A stretch of 64,000 nt of DNA. Origin: an uncultured Piscirickettsiaceae bacterium. Its GTDB lineage: Bacteria > Pseudomonadota > Gammaproteobacteria > GCF-002020875. The stretch covers positions 5,303 through 69,302 of the forward strand of contig CAYFNH010000001.1 in NCBI GenBank assembly GCA_964344435.1, read 5' to 3'. A model generated the notes under the pieces. It was not told the DNA's origin. It saw only the letters and a program-made list of their open reading frames with translations, and did no database searches. Each line of letters begins with the position of its first letter. Position 1 is the stretch's first letter. A program made the position numbers and the translations under genes. Of the stretch, positions 63,559-64,000 are shown in pieces.

Positions 63559-64000
63559 ATGGATTTTGCATCACTTGCAGGAATGATTGCCGGGTTCACC
63601 ATGGTGTTCCTGTCGATCGTCCTGGGAGGCTCCTCCGAGGACTACGTCAACCTGCAGGGTGTCATGGTGGTGGTGGGCGGCACCCTCTCCGCAACCCTGC
63701 TCAACTTCCGCTTCCATGATGTGAAGATGGCACTTCACTCCATTGCCCGGGTCTTTACCTCTGAACAGGAGAGACCGCTGGATACCCTGGTTGAGGTAAT
63801 GAAAATCAACACCATTGTGCGCAAACAGGGAAAGCTGGCACTGGATGAGTATCTGCAGATGGCCGATACCAAGAAGAACCGGATCATGAAAAAGGCGGTT
63901 CAGCTCTCACTCGACAACATTTCCCATAACGATATGGTGACCGCACTGCGTACCGAGATCGACAACGTCAAGGTTCGTGACACCATCAACCAGGAGGTGT
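63559..64000 (+). CDS. second MotA/PomA-family stator paralog (partial, runs off window end)
   Basis: ATG at 63559: MDFASLAGMIAGFTMVFLSIVLGGSSEDYVNLQGVMVVVGGTLSATLLNFRFHDVKMALHSIARVFTSEQE... It shares roughly 40% identity with the 39399 product, so they are paralogs. It is not in the ORF track because it has no stop codon within the window. Confidence 0.75.
   Translation, partial: MDFASLAGMIAGFTMVFLSIVLGGSSEDYVNLQGVMVVVGGTLSATLLNFRFHDVKMALHSIARVFTSEQERPLDTLVEVMKINTIVRKQGKLALDEYLQMADTKKNRIMKKAVQLSLDNISHNDMVTALRTEIDNVKVRDTINQEV

Overview
This 64 kb window is a high-GC (~60%) gammaproteobacterial core-chromosome segment with Pseudomonas-like synteny and about 55 genes. No rRNA, tRNA, CRISPR, integrase or prophage signal was seen. 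Synteny blocks: fdx-coaD-rsmD-M16/M16 divergent from ftsY; hslVU; coaX-birA-dsbA; cytochrome c divergent from engB; polA divergent from thrB; gltBD; purEK; topA-smg-dprA divergent from def-fmt-rsmB-DUF4390-ntrYX-trkAH; gmk-rpoZ-spoT-recG. Accessory or signalling content is unusually dense. There are two large hybrid sensor kinases, one with an MHYT 7TM sensor. There is also a REC-kinase fusion, a hemerythrin-NIT-GGDEF cyclase, and an RND pump whose adaptor has a Met-rich insertion. Two MotA/PomA-like stator paralogs are present, and a triheme c4-c5 cytochrome fusion. The most striking sequence-level finding is a new family of ~115-130 bp intergenic inverted-repeat elements. These are MITE/REP/Correia-like, with 4 full copies and 1 fragment. 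Two subtypes share a 25-bp core, AGCGACACAAGGATGTGCTTGAGCG. Every copy sits at a gene 3'-end/5'-start junction, and two sit directly upstream of sensor-kinase genes. Two genes carry apparent frameshifts. The hemerythrin-DGC gene has an exact 17-bp tandem duplication. The motA-like gene has a +1 C in a C6 homopolymer. Either could be genuine or a sequencing artefact.
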